Shown one piece after another: positions 9,342 through 18,822 of a DNA stretch of 51,438 bases. Position 1 is the first letter of the stretch. Each line of letters starts with the position of its first letter. The translations under genes and the position numbers were made by a program. The stretch lies in contig CAVIUT010000002.1 of assembly GCA_963646155.1 (NCBI GenBank), forward strand, positions 1 to 51,438, read 5' to 3'. Source of the stretch: Eggerthellaceae bacterium (lineage in GTDB: Bacteria; Spirochaetota; Spirochaetia; Sphaerochaetales; Sphaerochaetaceae). The notes under the pieces were generated by a model, which saw only the letters and a program-made list of their open reading frames with translations, searched no databases and had not been told where the DNA came from.

Positions 9342-11855
9342 TTATTTGACAACGATGTTGACGAGTTTTCCCGGAACTACGATTTCCTTGACAATTTCCC
9401 TGCCGTCAATCCACTTCTTGACTGTCTCGTCCGCCTTTGCCCCATTGAGGAGTTCGTCCTTTGATGCGGAAGCCGGCATATTGAGCTTACTTCTCACCTT
9501 GCCGTTGATCTGTACAACGATTGTAAGTGTGTCGTCTTTTGTCTTCTCCTCGTCCCACTTCGGCCACGGAGCAAGTGCAACACTCGGAGTGTGTCCGAGC
9601 ATCTCCCAGAGCTCTTCTGCAAGGTGTGGAGTATAAGGTGAGAGGAGAAGTGTGAGGTTTTCGATACAGACCTTCGGAAGAACCGTCTGACGCGAGAGCT
9701 CGTTTACATACACCATCATTTGTGATATCGCAGTATTGAACTGGAGTCCTGCTGTATCCTCGCTGACCTTCTTGATGGTCTTATGCATAAGTTTATCGAG
9801 TTCCTTTTCAGGCTCTACTTCCTTTATATCCTTTTCCGTCACAAGCTTCCAGACCTTCTCTATGAAGCGGTAAACTCCGATGAAGCCCTGAGTAGCCCAC
9901 GGCTTACTTTCGGTGAGCGGCCCCATGAACATCTCATACATTCTGACACTGTCTGCACCGTAGGAGCGGATGTAGTCGTCAGGGTTGATGACGTTCTTGA
10001 GAGACTTACTCATCTTTGCGATTACCTGTGTAAGCTCCTCGTTATCGTCCTGGGCATAGTACTTTCCGTCCTTCTCGACAACCATATCTGCCGGAACAAG
10101 GCTCTTGTTCTTTCTCTGGTAGGCAAAGGATGTAATCATGCCCTGGTTTACAAGACGCTGGAAAGGCTCGGGTGTGCTGACAAGCCCAAGGTCGTAGAGG
10201 ACATGGTGCCAGAAACGTGCATAGAGAAGGTGGAGTACCGCGTGTTCTGCTCCTCCTACATAGAGGGAGACAGGCATCCAGTACTTTTCTTTCTCTTCTG
10301 AGACAAATCGCTCTGTGTTCTTCGAATCGATGTACCTCAGGTAATACCAGCAGGAGCCTGCCCATTGCGGCATTGTGTTGGTCTCTCTCTTTGCATCCCC
10401 TCCGCACTCCGGGCACTTGCAGTTTACCCAGCTCTCGACTTTGCTCAGCGGGCTGTCTCCCGTTCCACTGGGTTCATACTTACTCACCTGGGGAAGTGTC
10501 AGCGGCAGATCCTCTTCCTTTACTGGAACTATGCCGCACCTGGGGCAGTGTACAAGAGGAATCGGCTCTCCCCAGTATCTCTGGCGGGAGAAGACCCAGT
10601 CACGCAGCTTATAGTTGACAGCCTTATGGCCGCACTTATGCTCCTCGAGGTATTCAAGTGCTTTAGCAATAGCATCCTTTTTATCCAGGCCGTCGAGGAA
10701 GCCTGAGTTGACGTGGATCCCGTCCTCAGTCCAGGCCTGTTGCTGAACATCGACGTCGCTCTTGAGAACCTCGATAATCGGAAGATTGAACTTCTTTGCA
10801 AATTCCCAGTCTCTCTCGTCATGTGCGGGAACTGCCATTATGGCGCCGGTGCCGTAGGAAATGAGCACGTAGTCTGCAATCCATATCGGAAGGAGTTTGC
10901 CGTTGATCGGGTTGATTGCATAGGATCCGGAGAAGACACCTGTCTTTTCCTTTGCCAGATCCGTTCTTTCGAGGTCAGACTTGTGCTTTACTTCGTCAAG
11001 GTACTTCTCGACTGCTTCTTTCTGCTCTTCTGTTGTGAGCTTCTCCCTCATCGGATGCTCAGGTGCTATAACCATATATGTTGCGCCGAAGAGTGTGTCG
11101 CAGCGTGTTGTATAGACTTCGAGGTAATCGTCGCTCTTCTCGAGCTTGAAAAAGACGCTCGCGCCTTCACTGCGCCCGATCCAGTTGCGCTGCATTGCCT
11201 TGACCGATTCGCTCCAGTCCAGGTCGTCAAGACCCTCGAGAAGCTTATCTGCATAGGCCGTAATCTTAAGCATCCACTGCCTTATATTCTTCTTCTCAAC
11301 CTTTGTGCCGCAGCGCTCACACCTTCCTTCCTTTACTTCTTCGTTGGCAAGTCCCGTTTTGCAGCTGGGGCACCAGTTGATGGGAGTGAATGCCTCGTAG
11401 GCAAGGCCCTTCTTATAGAGCTGGAGGAAAATCCACTGTGTCCAGCGGTAATAGTCCTCGTCACAGGTACTTATCTCTCTGTCCCAGTCATAGGAGAAGC
11501 CGAGAGACTTGATCTGACGGCGGAAGTTCTCTATGTTGCGCTGTGTCGTGACATAGGGGTGTGTTCCTGTCTTTATTGCATAGTTTTCAGCAGGAAGGCC
11601 GAATGAATCGAATCCCATTGGATGGAGTACGTTGTAGCCGTTCATCCTCAGATAGCGGGAATATATATCTGTTGCCGTATAGCCTTCGGGGTGACCTACG
11701 TGAAGTCCTGCACCCGATGGATATGGGAACATATCGAGTACGTATGCTCTTTTATCTTTGCTGTACTTTTCGTCTTCAACTGTCTTGAAGGTCTTGTTTT
11801 CTTCCCAATACTTCTGCCACTTAGGCTCTATTTTATCAAATGGATACTTGCTCAT
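9342..11855 (-). CDS. leuS: Leucine--tRNA ligase
   Basis: It has the HVGHPEGYT (HIGH) motif, KMSKSLKN (KMSKS) motif, a CP1 editing domain and Zn-finger cysteines. The start is set at [20 protein letters not shown], internal to the track ORF. Confidence 0.97.
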   Translation of the reverse strand: MSKYPFDKIEPKWQKYWEENKTFKTVEDEKYSKDKRAYVLDMFPYPSGAGLHVGHPEGYTATDIYSRYLRMNGYNVLHPMGFDSFGLPAENYAIKTGTHPYVTTQRNIENFRRQIKSLGFSYDWDREISTCDEDYYRWTQWIFLQLYKKGLAYEAFTPINWCPSCKTGLANEEVKEGRCERCGTKVEKKNIRQWMLKITAYADKLLEGLDDLDWSESVKAMQRNWIGRSEGASVFFKLEKSDDYLEVYTTRCDTLFGATYMVIAPEHPMREKLTTEEQKEAVEKYLDEVKHKSDLERTDLAKEKTGVFSGSYAINPINGKLLPIWIADYVLISYGTGAIMAVPAHDERDWEFAKKFNLPIIEVLKSDVDVQQQAWTEDGIHVNSGFLDGLDKKDAIAKALEYLEEHKCGHKAVNYKLRDWVFSRQRYWGEPIPLVHCPRCGIVPVKEEDLPLTLPQVSKYEPSGTGDSPLSKVESWVNCKCPECGGDAKRETNTMPQWAGSCWYYLRYIDSKNTERFVSEEKEKYWMPVSLYVGGAEHAVLHLLYARFWHHVLYDLGLVSTPEPFQRLVNQGMITSFAYQRKNKSLVPADMVVEKDGKYYAQDDNEELTQVIAKMSKSLKNVINPDDYIRSYGADSVRMYEMFMGPLTESKPWATQGFIGVYRFIEKVWKLVTEKDIKEVEPEKELDKLMHKTIKKVSEDTAGLQFNTAISQMMVYVNELSRQTVLPKVCIENLTLLLSPYTPHLAEELWEMLGHTPSVALAPWPKWDEEKTKDDTLTIVVQINGKVRSKLNMPASASKDELLNGAKADETVKKWIDGREIVKEIVVPGKLVNIVVK

Positions 11856-11970
11856 AGCGTGAGTATACCAAGTTGGATGAGAAAATACCATAATCAGAGA
11901 GGAACGGGAAACAACAAATCAAAGTACCTCAGCCATGATGGAGAGCTCTAATTATTTTTTACATCTATGT

Positions 11971-11998
11971 TTGAAAGCCGGACGATTTCGGCTATAAT
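11971..11998 (+). promoter_or_regulatory. Sigma70-like promoter for parE (TTGAAA-16-TATAAT)
   Basis: ttgaaa at 11971-11976 and tataat at 11993-11998. The -10 box ends 8 nt before the parE ATG. Confidence 0.5.
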
Positions 11999-12006
11999 AC
12001 ATCCAT

Positions 12007-13806
12007 ATGCCATATGATGAAAGTAATATAAGGACACTGTCTAGCATAGAGCACATAAGACAGCGTCCGGGAATGTATATAGGAAGGCTGGGCAACGGCT
12101 CTCACCCCGACGACGGAATCTACATACTCCTGAAGGAGGTAATCGACAACTCCATCGATGAATTCATGGAAGGACACGGCAGCCGTATATCCGTGCGCCT
12201 CGAGGGAAGTATGTGCACCGTCCGTGACTACGGGCGCGGTATTCCTCTCAACAAGGTTGTCGAGTGTGTCTCGGTAATCAACACGGGAGCAAAATATGAT
12301 AACGAGGCCTTTCAGTACTCCGTCGGTCTCAACGGCGTCGGAACCAAGGCCGTCAACGCACTTTCGTCATTCTTTGAAATCACATCATACAGGGACGGGG
12401 AGTATATGTATGCCCGTTTCAAGCGCGGAGTGCTGGAGAAGAAGAACAAGGGAAAGACAGACGAGCCGAACGGAACCCTCGTCTCCTTCATTCCCGACAA
12501 CGACCCTTCCGTCTTCGGTGAATACACATACAACGAGGAGTTCATAACAGAGAGGCTCTGGAACTATGCCTACCTCAACAAAGGCCTTACTCTCGACTTC
12601 AACAAGAAGGTAATACGGTCACAGAACGGTCTTATGGACCTTGTTAAAAAGACTCTCGGTGACAGCGGACTCTATCCTCTCATCAGCTTTAAAAACCAGC
12701 ACCTTGAATTTGCATTCACACATACAGACGGCTACGGGGAGAAGTACCACTCCTATGTAAACGGACAGTACACATCCGACGGAGGAACCCATGAGGCCGC
12801 ATTCAAGGAAGGGGTGTTGAAGGGAATCAACGAATACTACCATAAGTCCTGGGCGGCTCCCGAGATAAGGGACGGCATTGTTGCAACTGTTGCAATCAAA
12901 ATCATGAACCCCGTCTTCGAGAGCCAGACGAAGAACAAGCTGGGAAATACAGATGTAAAGGGCTGGATAGTGAGTGAGGTCAAGGAGGCTGTCGTCGATG
13001 CCTTGATGAAGAACAAGGAAACGGCAAAGAGCCTTGAGGAGAAGATTGTCAACAACGAGCGCGTTCATAAGGAAGAGGCGGCCATAAAGAACGGGGCGAA
13101 GGAAAAATCCAAGAGGGTCGCAATCAACATCCCCAAGCTCAAAGAATGCCGCTATCATCTGAACTCCGCTCCCGCTTCCCACAAGGAGGACGGCGAGAAC
13201 TCTATGATCTTCCTGACAGAGGGGGACAGTGCTGCCGGAACAATCACGAAGAGCAGAAATGCAGATACCCAGGCAGTCTTTGCACTCAGGGGAAAAATCG
13301 TCAACGTTTACGGCAAGAAGAAAACGGAAATCTACAATAACGAAGAGCTATACAACATGATGGTTGCACTCGGCATTGAAGAGAGCGTGGATAACCTCCG
13401 TTACGGCAAGGTCGTAATCGCAACCGATGCCGATGTCGACGGCTTTCATATAAGAATACTCATCATGACCTACTTCTTCACATACTTCGAGGACGTTATC
13501 AACCAGGGCAGGCTCTATATACTTGAAACCCCGCTCTTCAGAGTCAGGAACAAGAAGGAGAATGTCTATTGTTACTCCGAGAAGGAGAGGGATGAAGCCT
13601 TGAAGAAGATAAAAGGCGCCGAGGTGACAAGGTTCAAGGGACTTGGTGAGATTAGCCCTTCGGAGTTCAAGGACTTTATCGGCGATAACATCAAGCTCCT
13701 TCCCGTGACCTACGAAAACATTGCCGAGATAAAGAAGGATCTTACTTTCTACATGGGCGACAACACCCCCACAAGGCGTGACTTTATAATGGAGAACTTG
13801 ATCTGA
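12007..13806 (+). CDS. parE: Type IIA DNA topoisomerase subunit B (ParE/GyrB-like)
   Basis: It has IEHIRQRPGMYIG, an ATPase GHKL region, the Toprim EGDSA motif (LTEGDSAAG) and DADVDGFHI. Confidence 0.85.
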   Translation: MPYDESNIRTLSSIEHIRQRPGMYIGRLGNGSHPDDGIYILLKEVIDNSIDEFMEGHGSRISVRLEGSMCTVRDYGRGIPLNKVVECVSVINTGAKYDNEAFQYSVGLNGVGTKAVNALSSFFEITSYRDGEYMYARFKRGVLEKKNKGKTDEPNGTLVSFIPDNDPSVFGEYTYNEEFITERLWNYAYLNKGLTLDFNKKVIRSQNGLMDLVKKTLGDSGLYPLISFKNQHLEFAFTHTDGYGEKYHSYVNGQYTSDGGTHEAAFKEGVLKGINEYYHKSWAAPEIRDGIVATVAIKIMNPVFESQTKNKLGNTDVKGWIVSEVKEAVVDALMKNKETAKSLEEKIVNNERVHKEEAAIKNGAKEKSKRVAINIPKLKECRYHLNSAPASHKEDGENSMIFLTEGDSAAGTITKSRNADTQAVFALRGKIVNVYGKKKTEIYNNEELYNMMVALGIEESVDNLRYGKVVIATDADVDGFHIRILIMTYFFTYFEDVINQGRLYILETPLFRVRNKKENVYCYSEKERDEALKKIKGAEVTRFKGLGEISPSEFKDFIGDNIKLLPVTYENIAEIKKDLTFYMGDNTPTRRDFIMENLI

Positions 13807-15797
13807 TGGCCAAAGCGGAAAAATTATATAAGGATTATTATCTTGAGTATGCCTCTTACGTTATAAGAGACAGGGCCATCCCCGATCTCAATGACGGCTT
13901 CAAACCTGTCCAGAGGCGTATCATACACACACTTTTGAAGATAGATGACGGACGCTTCAACAAAGTTGCAACGGTAGTCGGAGAGACAATGAAATATCAT
14001 CCTCACGGGGATGCTTCCATATCAGATGCTCTCGTTCATATCGAGAACGACGGTCTCTTCATCGAGGGCCAGGGTAACTTCGGCAATATTCTGACAGGCG
14101 ACAGTGCAGCTGCGGGACGATACATAGAGTGCCGTCTCAAGCCCTTTGCAAAGAAGGTTTTGTACTCACCCGAAATAACAGAGTACGTCGATACATATGA
14201 CGGAAGAAACAAGGAGCCTGTAGTCTTCCAGGCGAAGGTTCCTGTTGTTGCAATCACCGGCACAAGCGGTATTGCCGTAGGTATGGCGACAAAGATTCTG
14301 CCGCATAATATCATCGAGGTTCTTGAGTGCCAGAAAAAGGCTCTGAGGGGCGAAGACTTTGAAATCTACCCCGATTTTCCTACGGGGGGAATAGTCGATG
14401 TCAGCCAATATGACGACGGCAGGGGCTCTGTCACAGTGAGGGCGAAAATAAATGCCTCCGACCCGAAGAAGGTTATAATCGAAGAGCTTCCACATGAAGT
14501 GACATCATCTCAGCTTATTGAGTCAATAAAGAAGGCCGACAGCAAGGGCCAGTTGAAGATATCATCAATAACCGATTATACGGCAGAGAAGGCCAATATC
14601 GAGATAAACTGGCAGCGGGGCGTCTACTCGGAAGATATGGTTGATGTGTTATATGCAACGACGGACTGTCAGAAGAAGATATCCCTCAACCCGCTTGTAA
14701 TCGTAGACGGGCTGCCCAAGTGTATGGGAATAAGCGAGATGATAAAATATCACGCGTCTCATCTCATTACTGTGCTCAATGCCGAACTCGATATCGAGAT
14801 ATCCCACTTAGAGGAAAAGCTCAGGGCCCGTACACTTGAGAGAATCTTCATCGAAGAGAGAATCTACAAGAAGATAGAGAATAAAGATACCCAGGATAAG
14901 GTTTATAAGGCAGTCAGGGACGGCTTCAAGGACTTTATAGCAGAGCTCGGAGGTAAGGGCGTTACAGACGAGGATATAGAGACCCTCCTAAAGATACCAA
15001 TCAGGCGCATCTCCCTCTTCGACATCGAAAAGAACAAGGAAGAAATCAGAACAATCAATGCATCGATTGATGACTGCAACTACAAGAAGGAACATATAGT
15101 TGAGTACGCTGAAGACTATTTGACAGAGCTTGAAGGAATGTTCTCCTCCGATGAATATAAACGTAAGACGGAAGTCGGTACAATCGAGAAAAAGACAGCA
15201 AAGGATGTTGCCGTTAGGAATCTCGATGTCAGATACGACAGTGACACAGGTTACCTTGGAACCTCCGTCAAGGCCGGAGAGAGCCTTTTGAAGGTCAGTC
15301 CGTTCGATAAAATCTTCTACCTCAAGAACAACGGGGAGTATCGTGTTGTCTCAGTAACAGACAAGATGTTTATCGGTAAAGAGGGGATATCGTTTATTAC
15401 GTATGGAGAAAAGGATCTTGTTTCAAGTGAAATCTTCACGATTATCTACCGCGACAAGGCAGTGGGAGATGGAAAGATATGGATGATCAAGCGCTTCCAG
15501 ATTCCGTCCTTCATCCTTGATAAGACCTACCAGACAGTTCCTGAGACGGCAAAGATAAAGAAGATATGCCGCTACAAGAGTGCAATCATTGCCGTCAAGT
15601 ACAAAGGTAAGTACAGGATAACCGAGGAGACCTTCCGCTTTGCAGATTTCAGGGTTCTCAAGAATTCGTCAGGCGGCGGTAACAGGCTGACGACAAAGGA
15701 GCTCGAGAAACTTACAATAAAGGAAACAAAGGACACGAAGACGAGTGCGGAGAACGAGCCGATGCTCTTCAATCCTGACGGGGACAACAATGCTTAG
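13806..15797 (+). CDS. parC: Type IIA DNA topoisomerase subunit A (ParC-like, Bacteroidetes/spirochaete type)
   Basis: It has YLEYASYVIRDRAIPDLNDGFKPVQRRIIH, YHPHGDASI and GNFGN...AAGRYIECRL (catalytic Tyr region). Its start overlaps the parE stop. Confidence 0.85.
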   Translation: MAKAEKLYKDYYLEYASYVIRDRAIPDLNDGFKPVQRRIIHTLLKIDDGRFNKVATVVGETMKYHPHGDASISDALVHIENDGLFIEGQGNFGNILTGDSAAAGRYIECRLKPFAKKVLYSPEITEYVDTYDGRNKEPVVFQAKVPVVAITGTSGIAVGMATKILPHNIIEVLECQKKALRGEDFEIYPDFPTGGIVDVSQYDDGRGSVTVRAKINASDPKKVIIEELPHEVTSSQLIESIKKADSKGQLKISSITDYTAEKANIEINWQRGVYSEDMVDVLYATTDCQKKISLNPLVIVDGLPKCMGISEMIKYHASHLITVLNAELDIEISHLEEKLRARTLERIFIEERIYKKIENKDTQDKVYKAVRDGFKDFIAELGGKGVTDEDIETLLKIPIRRISLFDIEKNKEEIRTINASIDDCNYKKEHIVEYAEDYLTELEGMFSSDEYKRKTEVGTIEKKTAKDVAVRNLDVRYDSDTGYLGTSVKAGESLLKVSPFDKIFYLKNNGEYRVVSVTDKMFIGKEGISFITYGEKDLVSSEIFTIIYRDKAVGDGKIWMIKRFQIPSFILDKTYQTVPETAKIKKICRYKSAIIAVKYKGKYRITEETFRFADFRVLKNSSGGGNRLTTKELEKLTIKETKDTKTSAENEPMLFNPDGDNNA

Positions 15798-16509
15798 TAA
15801 GGACAGAATACTTTATGAAGATAACCACCTTATAATCATCAACAAAAGGGTGGGAGAACTCGTGCAGGGTGATGAAAGCGGCGACAGGACTCTTGCCGAC
15901 GATGTGAAGGAATATTTAAAAGTAACATATGATAAGAAAGGCAATGTCTACCTGGGAATTCCTCATAGGCTTGACCGTCCGACAAGCGGGATTGTCGTCT
16001 ATGCAAAGACGGAGAAGGCCCTCGTGAGACTATGCGATATGTTCAGAGGTTCGGGCGTGAAGAAAACCTATTGGGCCATAGTCGACAATAAACCTAATAA
16101 GGAAAGTGGAGAACTTGTCCACTACATCGTTCGTGACAGCAGGAACAATAAGAGTGTCGCCTACCCGAGGGAAGTGAAGGGGTCGAAGATTGCAAAACTG
16201 TCCTATACTCTCCTTTCGTCATCAGAGAGATACCACCTTTTAGAGATACTTCTCCATACCGGACGCCATCACCAGATAAGGGCACAGCTCAAGGCTGTGG
16301 GGCTACATATAAAGGGAGATTTGAAGTACGGCGCCGAGAGAAGTAACCGCGACGGGGGAATATCGCTTCATGCAAGGAAAATAAGTTTTGTCCACCCTGT
16401 AAAGAAGGAAGAGATTACAGTTACGGCTCCTCCACCGGACGATGCACTATGGTCCTTCTTCCTCAGCGATATCGAGAAGAAGAAAGAAGAGCAGTTTCAT
16501 GGAGAATAA
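15790..16509 (+). CDS. RluA-family pseudouridine synthase
   Basis: It has the HRLDRPTSG catalytic motif, and LLEILLHTGRHHQIRAQL. The start is set at MLSKDRILYEDNHLIIINK (ATG 15790), which overlaps the parC stop. Confidence 0.85.
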   Translation: MLSKDRILYEDNHLIIINKRVGELVQGDESGDRTLADDVKEYLKVTYDKKGNVYLGIPHRLDRPTSGIVVYAKTEKALVRLCDMFRGSGVKKTYWAIVDNKPNKESGELVHYIVRDSRNNKSVAYPREVKGSKIAKLSYTLLSSSERYHLLEILLHTGRHHQIRAQLKAVGLHIKGDLKYGAERSNRDGGISLHARKISFVHPVKKEEITVTAPPPDDALWSFFLSDIEKKKEEQFHGE

Positions 16510-16558
16510 GCGACTTAATTCTTTAGAACAAAAACAAAAATTATCACAGCAGAGCTTT

Positions 16559-16594
16559 TAAAAAACAAGAGAGCCGGTTGACACCAACCAGCTC
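16559..16594 (-). terminator. Rho-independent terminator (minus strand)
   Basis: A 10-bp stem (one G-U pair) with a 4-nt loop, followed on the minus strand by TCTTGTTTTTT. On the plus strand the stem has a C-A mismatch and no T tract. Confidence 0.7.
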
Positions 16595-16636
16595 ACTGTA
16601 TATACGGACAGGGATAGAATACCCGAATTCAATCTT
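16559..16636 (-). ncRNA. Candidate small RNA (~75 nt) bounded by a promoter and an intrinsic terminator
   Basis: The transcript predicted from the promoter above ends in the hairpin GAGCUGGUUG-GUGU-CAACCGGCUC plus UCUUGUUUUUU. It contains no ATG. I recognise no family. Confidence 0.35.
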
Positions 16637-16641
16637 AATCA

Positions 16642-16670
16642 ATCTAACCACGGAAAGGATAAACTGTCAA
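16642..16670 (-). promoter_or_regulatory. Candidate sigma70 promoter (TTGACA-17-TTAGAT) on the minus strand
   Basis: On the minus strand, TTGACA lies at 16670-16665 and TTAGAT at 16647-16642, with a 17-nt spacer. No ORF follows. Confidence 0.4.
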
Positions 16671-16779
16671 CAACCAGAACCTCATGAGGTAGTAAAGATA
16701 TCTAGTAGTTTATCACTAGGAGAGAGCCGAAAGCCACAAAAAGAAGAAAAACAAGGCCAAAACAGCCATCAAAGTGCCT

Positions 16780-18822
16780 TTACCCTTCTTCTCTCTCCCG
16801 TCTCATTACTGTCATGCAGCCGCGGACAAGAACGCTGTACTTTTCGCCGTTCTGGCTGACTGAGTAGTCGTCCTTTCCCCTGCATCCTGTACACGGCTCC
16901 TTCAATGCGTCATGCCTGAAACATGTACGGGAAATAAAGTGCGGCATTTCGTAATGTGTAACAGTCGGTTCAAACGGCCACGCTATATCTCCCCGTTCTC
17001 TTTCAATCCAGAGGTATCCGGCCTTTATGGAGGGGCACTCCTCTAGAAGAAGTGATAGGGCGAATCTGTTCGAAAGATATAGAAAGACATCGACAAAGTA
17101 ATCGTACTCAGGGTGTAAAACCGCAAAACGAACCTGGCTTATATTGTTTAACCCGATTGTGGGTCTTTCACATCCTTTTACGGCATCGAGCATATCGCGC
17201 CAGAGCTTTTCTTCATTGAATGTGACGGGAGGGAATGTAAAGTAAGTTCTCTCTCCTGTTCTTTTTCCCTCAAGCGACCATGGCAAATCCCCGTCGAGTT
17301 CTTTCCTCTCGGGGAGGATGAAACTTACGTCCCTCTGAACAGGCTCATTAATAGTGGGCGTCTTAAATTCAATGTTTTGAACACTCGAGTAGAGCGCCCT
17401 TCTGAAACTCTTGAGTGCTGAGGGTGGAATGAACGGGAATGAGAGAGAGGAATAATTATGATAGTCGAGAGAAGAAAGCGTATATGGTGAGTCACCGCTC
17501 TCAAAGAGTGTCTTTTCTAGAAGTGGTCTGATGTCATTCTTCTTATTTGACTCCTCTATTTTAACAGCCACCACTGTTTTCTTGTTGAGGATAGTTCCTT
17601 CAAGCCTGTCATCATACAGATTGACGCTTATTTCAACACCTTTACGGTAGGGGGGGATATTTACAGACGGTGTCTTCTCACGCCTTGTAGAGTCTGATAT
17701 TTTGTATATTTCCTTTCCTAAAAGACTTTGTTTACTTTCCTTTAAAAGAATGTAGCCTCCCGGGGTTTTGGCCTTTACCACTGCCGATGACTTTACGGGA
17801 GTGGTAAGATTAGAATTGTCCTTTATAAAGTACTGTATGCCATCGTGACTCTCGAGAGTTTTGTCTGTCTCGAGAAAACAGCTCGAGCCTCTTTCTTCGA
17901 CGACCTTTCCGAGCCTGAGTCCCATATGACCCGGGTAATCGGCTGAGAGGAGGCTTTCTCTGTTCTTTCTGTATCTGAGATACCCGTCACCACTTTTACG
18001 CAGGAACGTCGAATAAAGTCTCTCTTCGTCTTCTTCCTTTATTTCCTTATCATCAAGAACAGCTCTGTAGTAGCGGGCACAGGCTGCAGTATATTCCGGG
18101 CTCTTGAGTCTTCCTTCGACCTTCACGCTGTCGATGGAAATATCTCTAAGTGCTTTCAGTTCCTCTTTTATGCAGAGGTCTTCCATGCTGAAGAAGTATC
18201 CCTTCTCTTTTGTTTTTTCGTTTATGAACCATGAGCGGCATATCTGCGCGCATTCCCCTCTATTGGCCGAGCGTCCGCATTTGTTGTAGGAAGCAAAGCA
18301 GAGACCGGAGAAACCGTAGCACAGGGCGCCGTGAATGAATACCTTGAGCTCGATATCGGGGCATGCTTTACGGATAGCTTTTATCTCATCGAAAGTAAGC
18401 TCTCTTGAGAGCACTACTCTTTCAAATCCGAGCCTCTGGAGCTCCTTTACCCCCTCGACTGTATGTACCGCCATCTGTGTTGAGCCGTGAAGTTTGAGGG
18501 TGGGGTAATATTTTCTTATTATCTCGACGAGTCCTAAGTCCTGAACGATTACACCATCATTTCCGTAGAAGGCGAGCGCATCAAGAAGAGGTAGCACGCG
18601 CTCTATATCGCTGTCAGATAGGAGCGTGTTGACCGTCACATAGATTTTCTTCCCGTTGTCGAGGGCATACCTTCTGATTTTCGATAAATCCTCGAGGGAG
18701 AAATTGACTGCGCCTTTTCTCGCCGAGAATTCCCTGAGGCCGAAATAAACGGCATCAGCTCCCTCCTTGAAAGCAACAAGTGCAGTTTCTAGATTTCCTG
18801 CAGGAAGTGCAAGTTCCGTCAT
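16780..18822 (-). CDS. Peptidase U32 family protein (long form with C-terminal extension)
   Basis: The N-terminus ELALPAGNLETALVAFKEGADAVYFG..FSAR and the cysteine-rich segment GALCYGFSGLCFASY..CGRSANRGECAQICR are typical of U32 proteins. Confidence 0.85.
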   Translation of the reverse strand: MTELALPAGNLETALVAFKEGADAVYFGLREFSARKGAVNFSLEDLSKIRRYALDNGKKIYVTVNTLLSDSDIERVLPLLDALAFYGNDGVIVQDLGLVEIIRKYYPTLKLHGSTQMAVHTVEGVKELQRLGFERVVLSRELTFDEIKAIRKACPDIELKVFIHGALCYGFSGLCFASYNKCGRSANRGECAQICRSWFINEKTKEKGYFFSMEDLCIKEELKALRDISIDSVKVEGRLKSPEYTAACARYYRAVLDDKEIKEEDEERLYSTFLRKSGDGYLRYRKNRESLLSADYPGHMGLRLGKVVEERGSSCFLETDKTLESHDGIQYFIKDNSNLTTPVKSSAVVKAKTPGGYILLKESKQSLLGKEIYKISDSTRREKTPSVNIPPYRKGVEISVNLYDDRLEGTILNKKTVVAVKIEESNKKNDIRPLLEKTLFESGDSPYTLSSLDYHNYSSLSFPFIPPSALKSFRRALYSSVQNIEFKTPTINEPVQRDVSFILPERKELDGDLPWSLEGKRTGERTYFTFPPVTFNEEKLWRDMLDAVKGCERPTIGLNNISQVRFAVLHPEYDYFVDVFLYLSNRFALSLLLEECPSIKAGYLWIERERGDIAWPFEPTVTHYEMPHFISRTCFRHDALKEPCTGCRGKDDYSVSQNGEKYSVLVRGCMTVMRREREEG

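Noticed and set aside
10713-11606. 297-aa plus-strand ORF
   Set aside because: It lies entirely antisense within the strongly conserved leuS coding region. It has no recognisable motifs and is a shadow ORF. The same reasoning applies to the other ORFs inside leuS: 9783-10301, 10217-10618 and 10365-10706 on the plus strand, and 10042-10416 and 10529-10822, which are out-of-frame ORFs on the same strand as leuS.
16578-16859. 93-aa plus-strand ORF in the rluA/U32 intergenic region
   Set aside because: It runs into the 3' end of the U32 gene on the opposite strand. It has a non-ATG start with no SD and a low-complexity sequence. The region is better explained by the minus-strand promoter/terminator pair.
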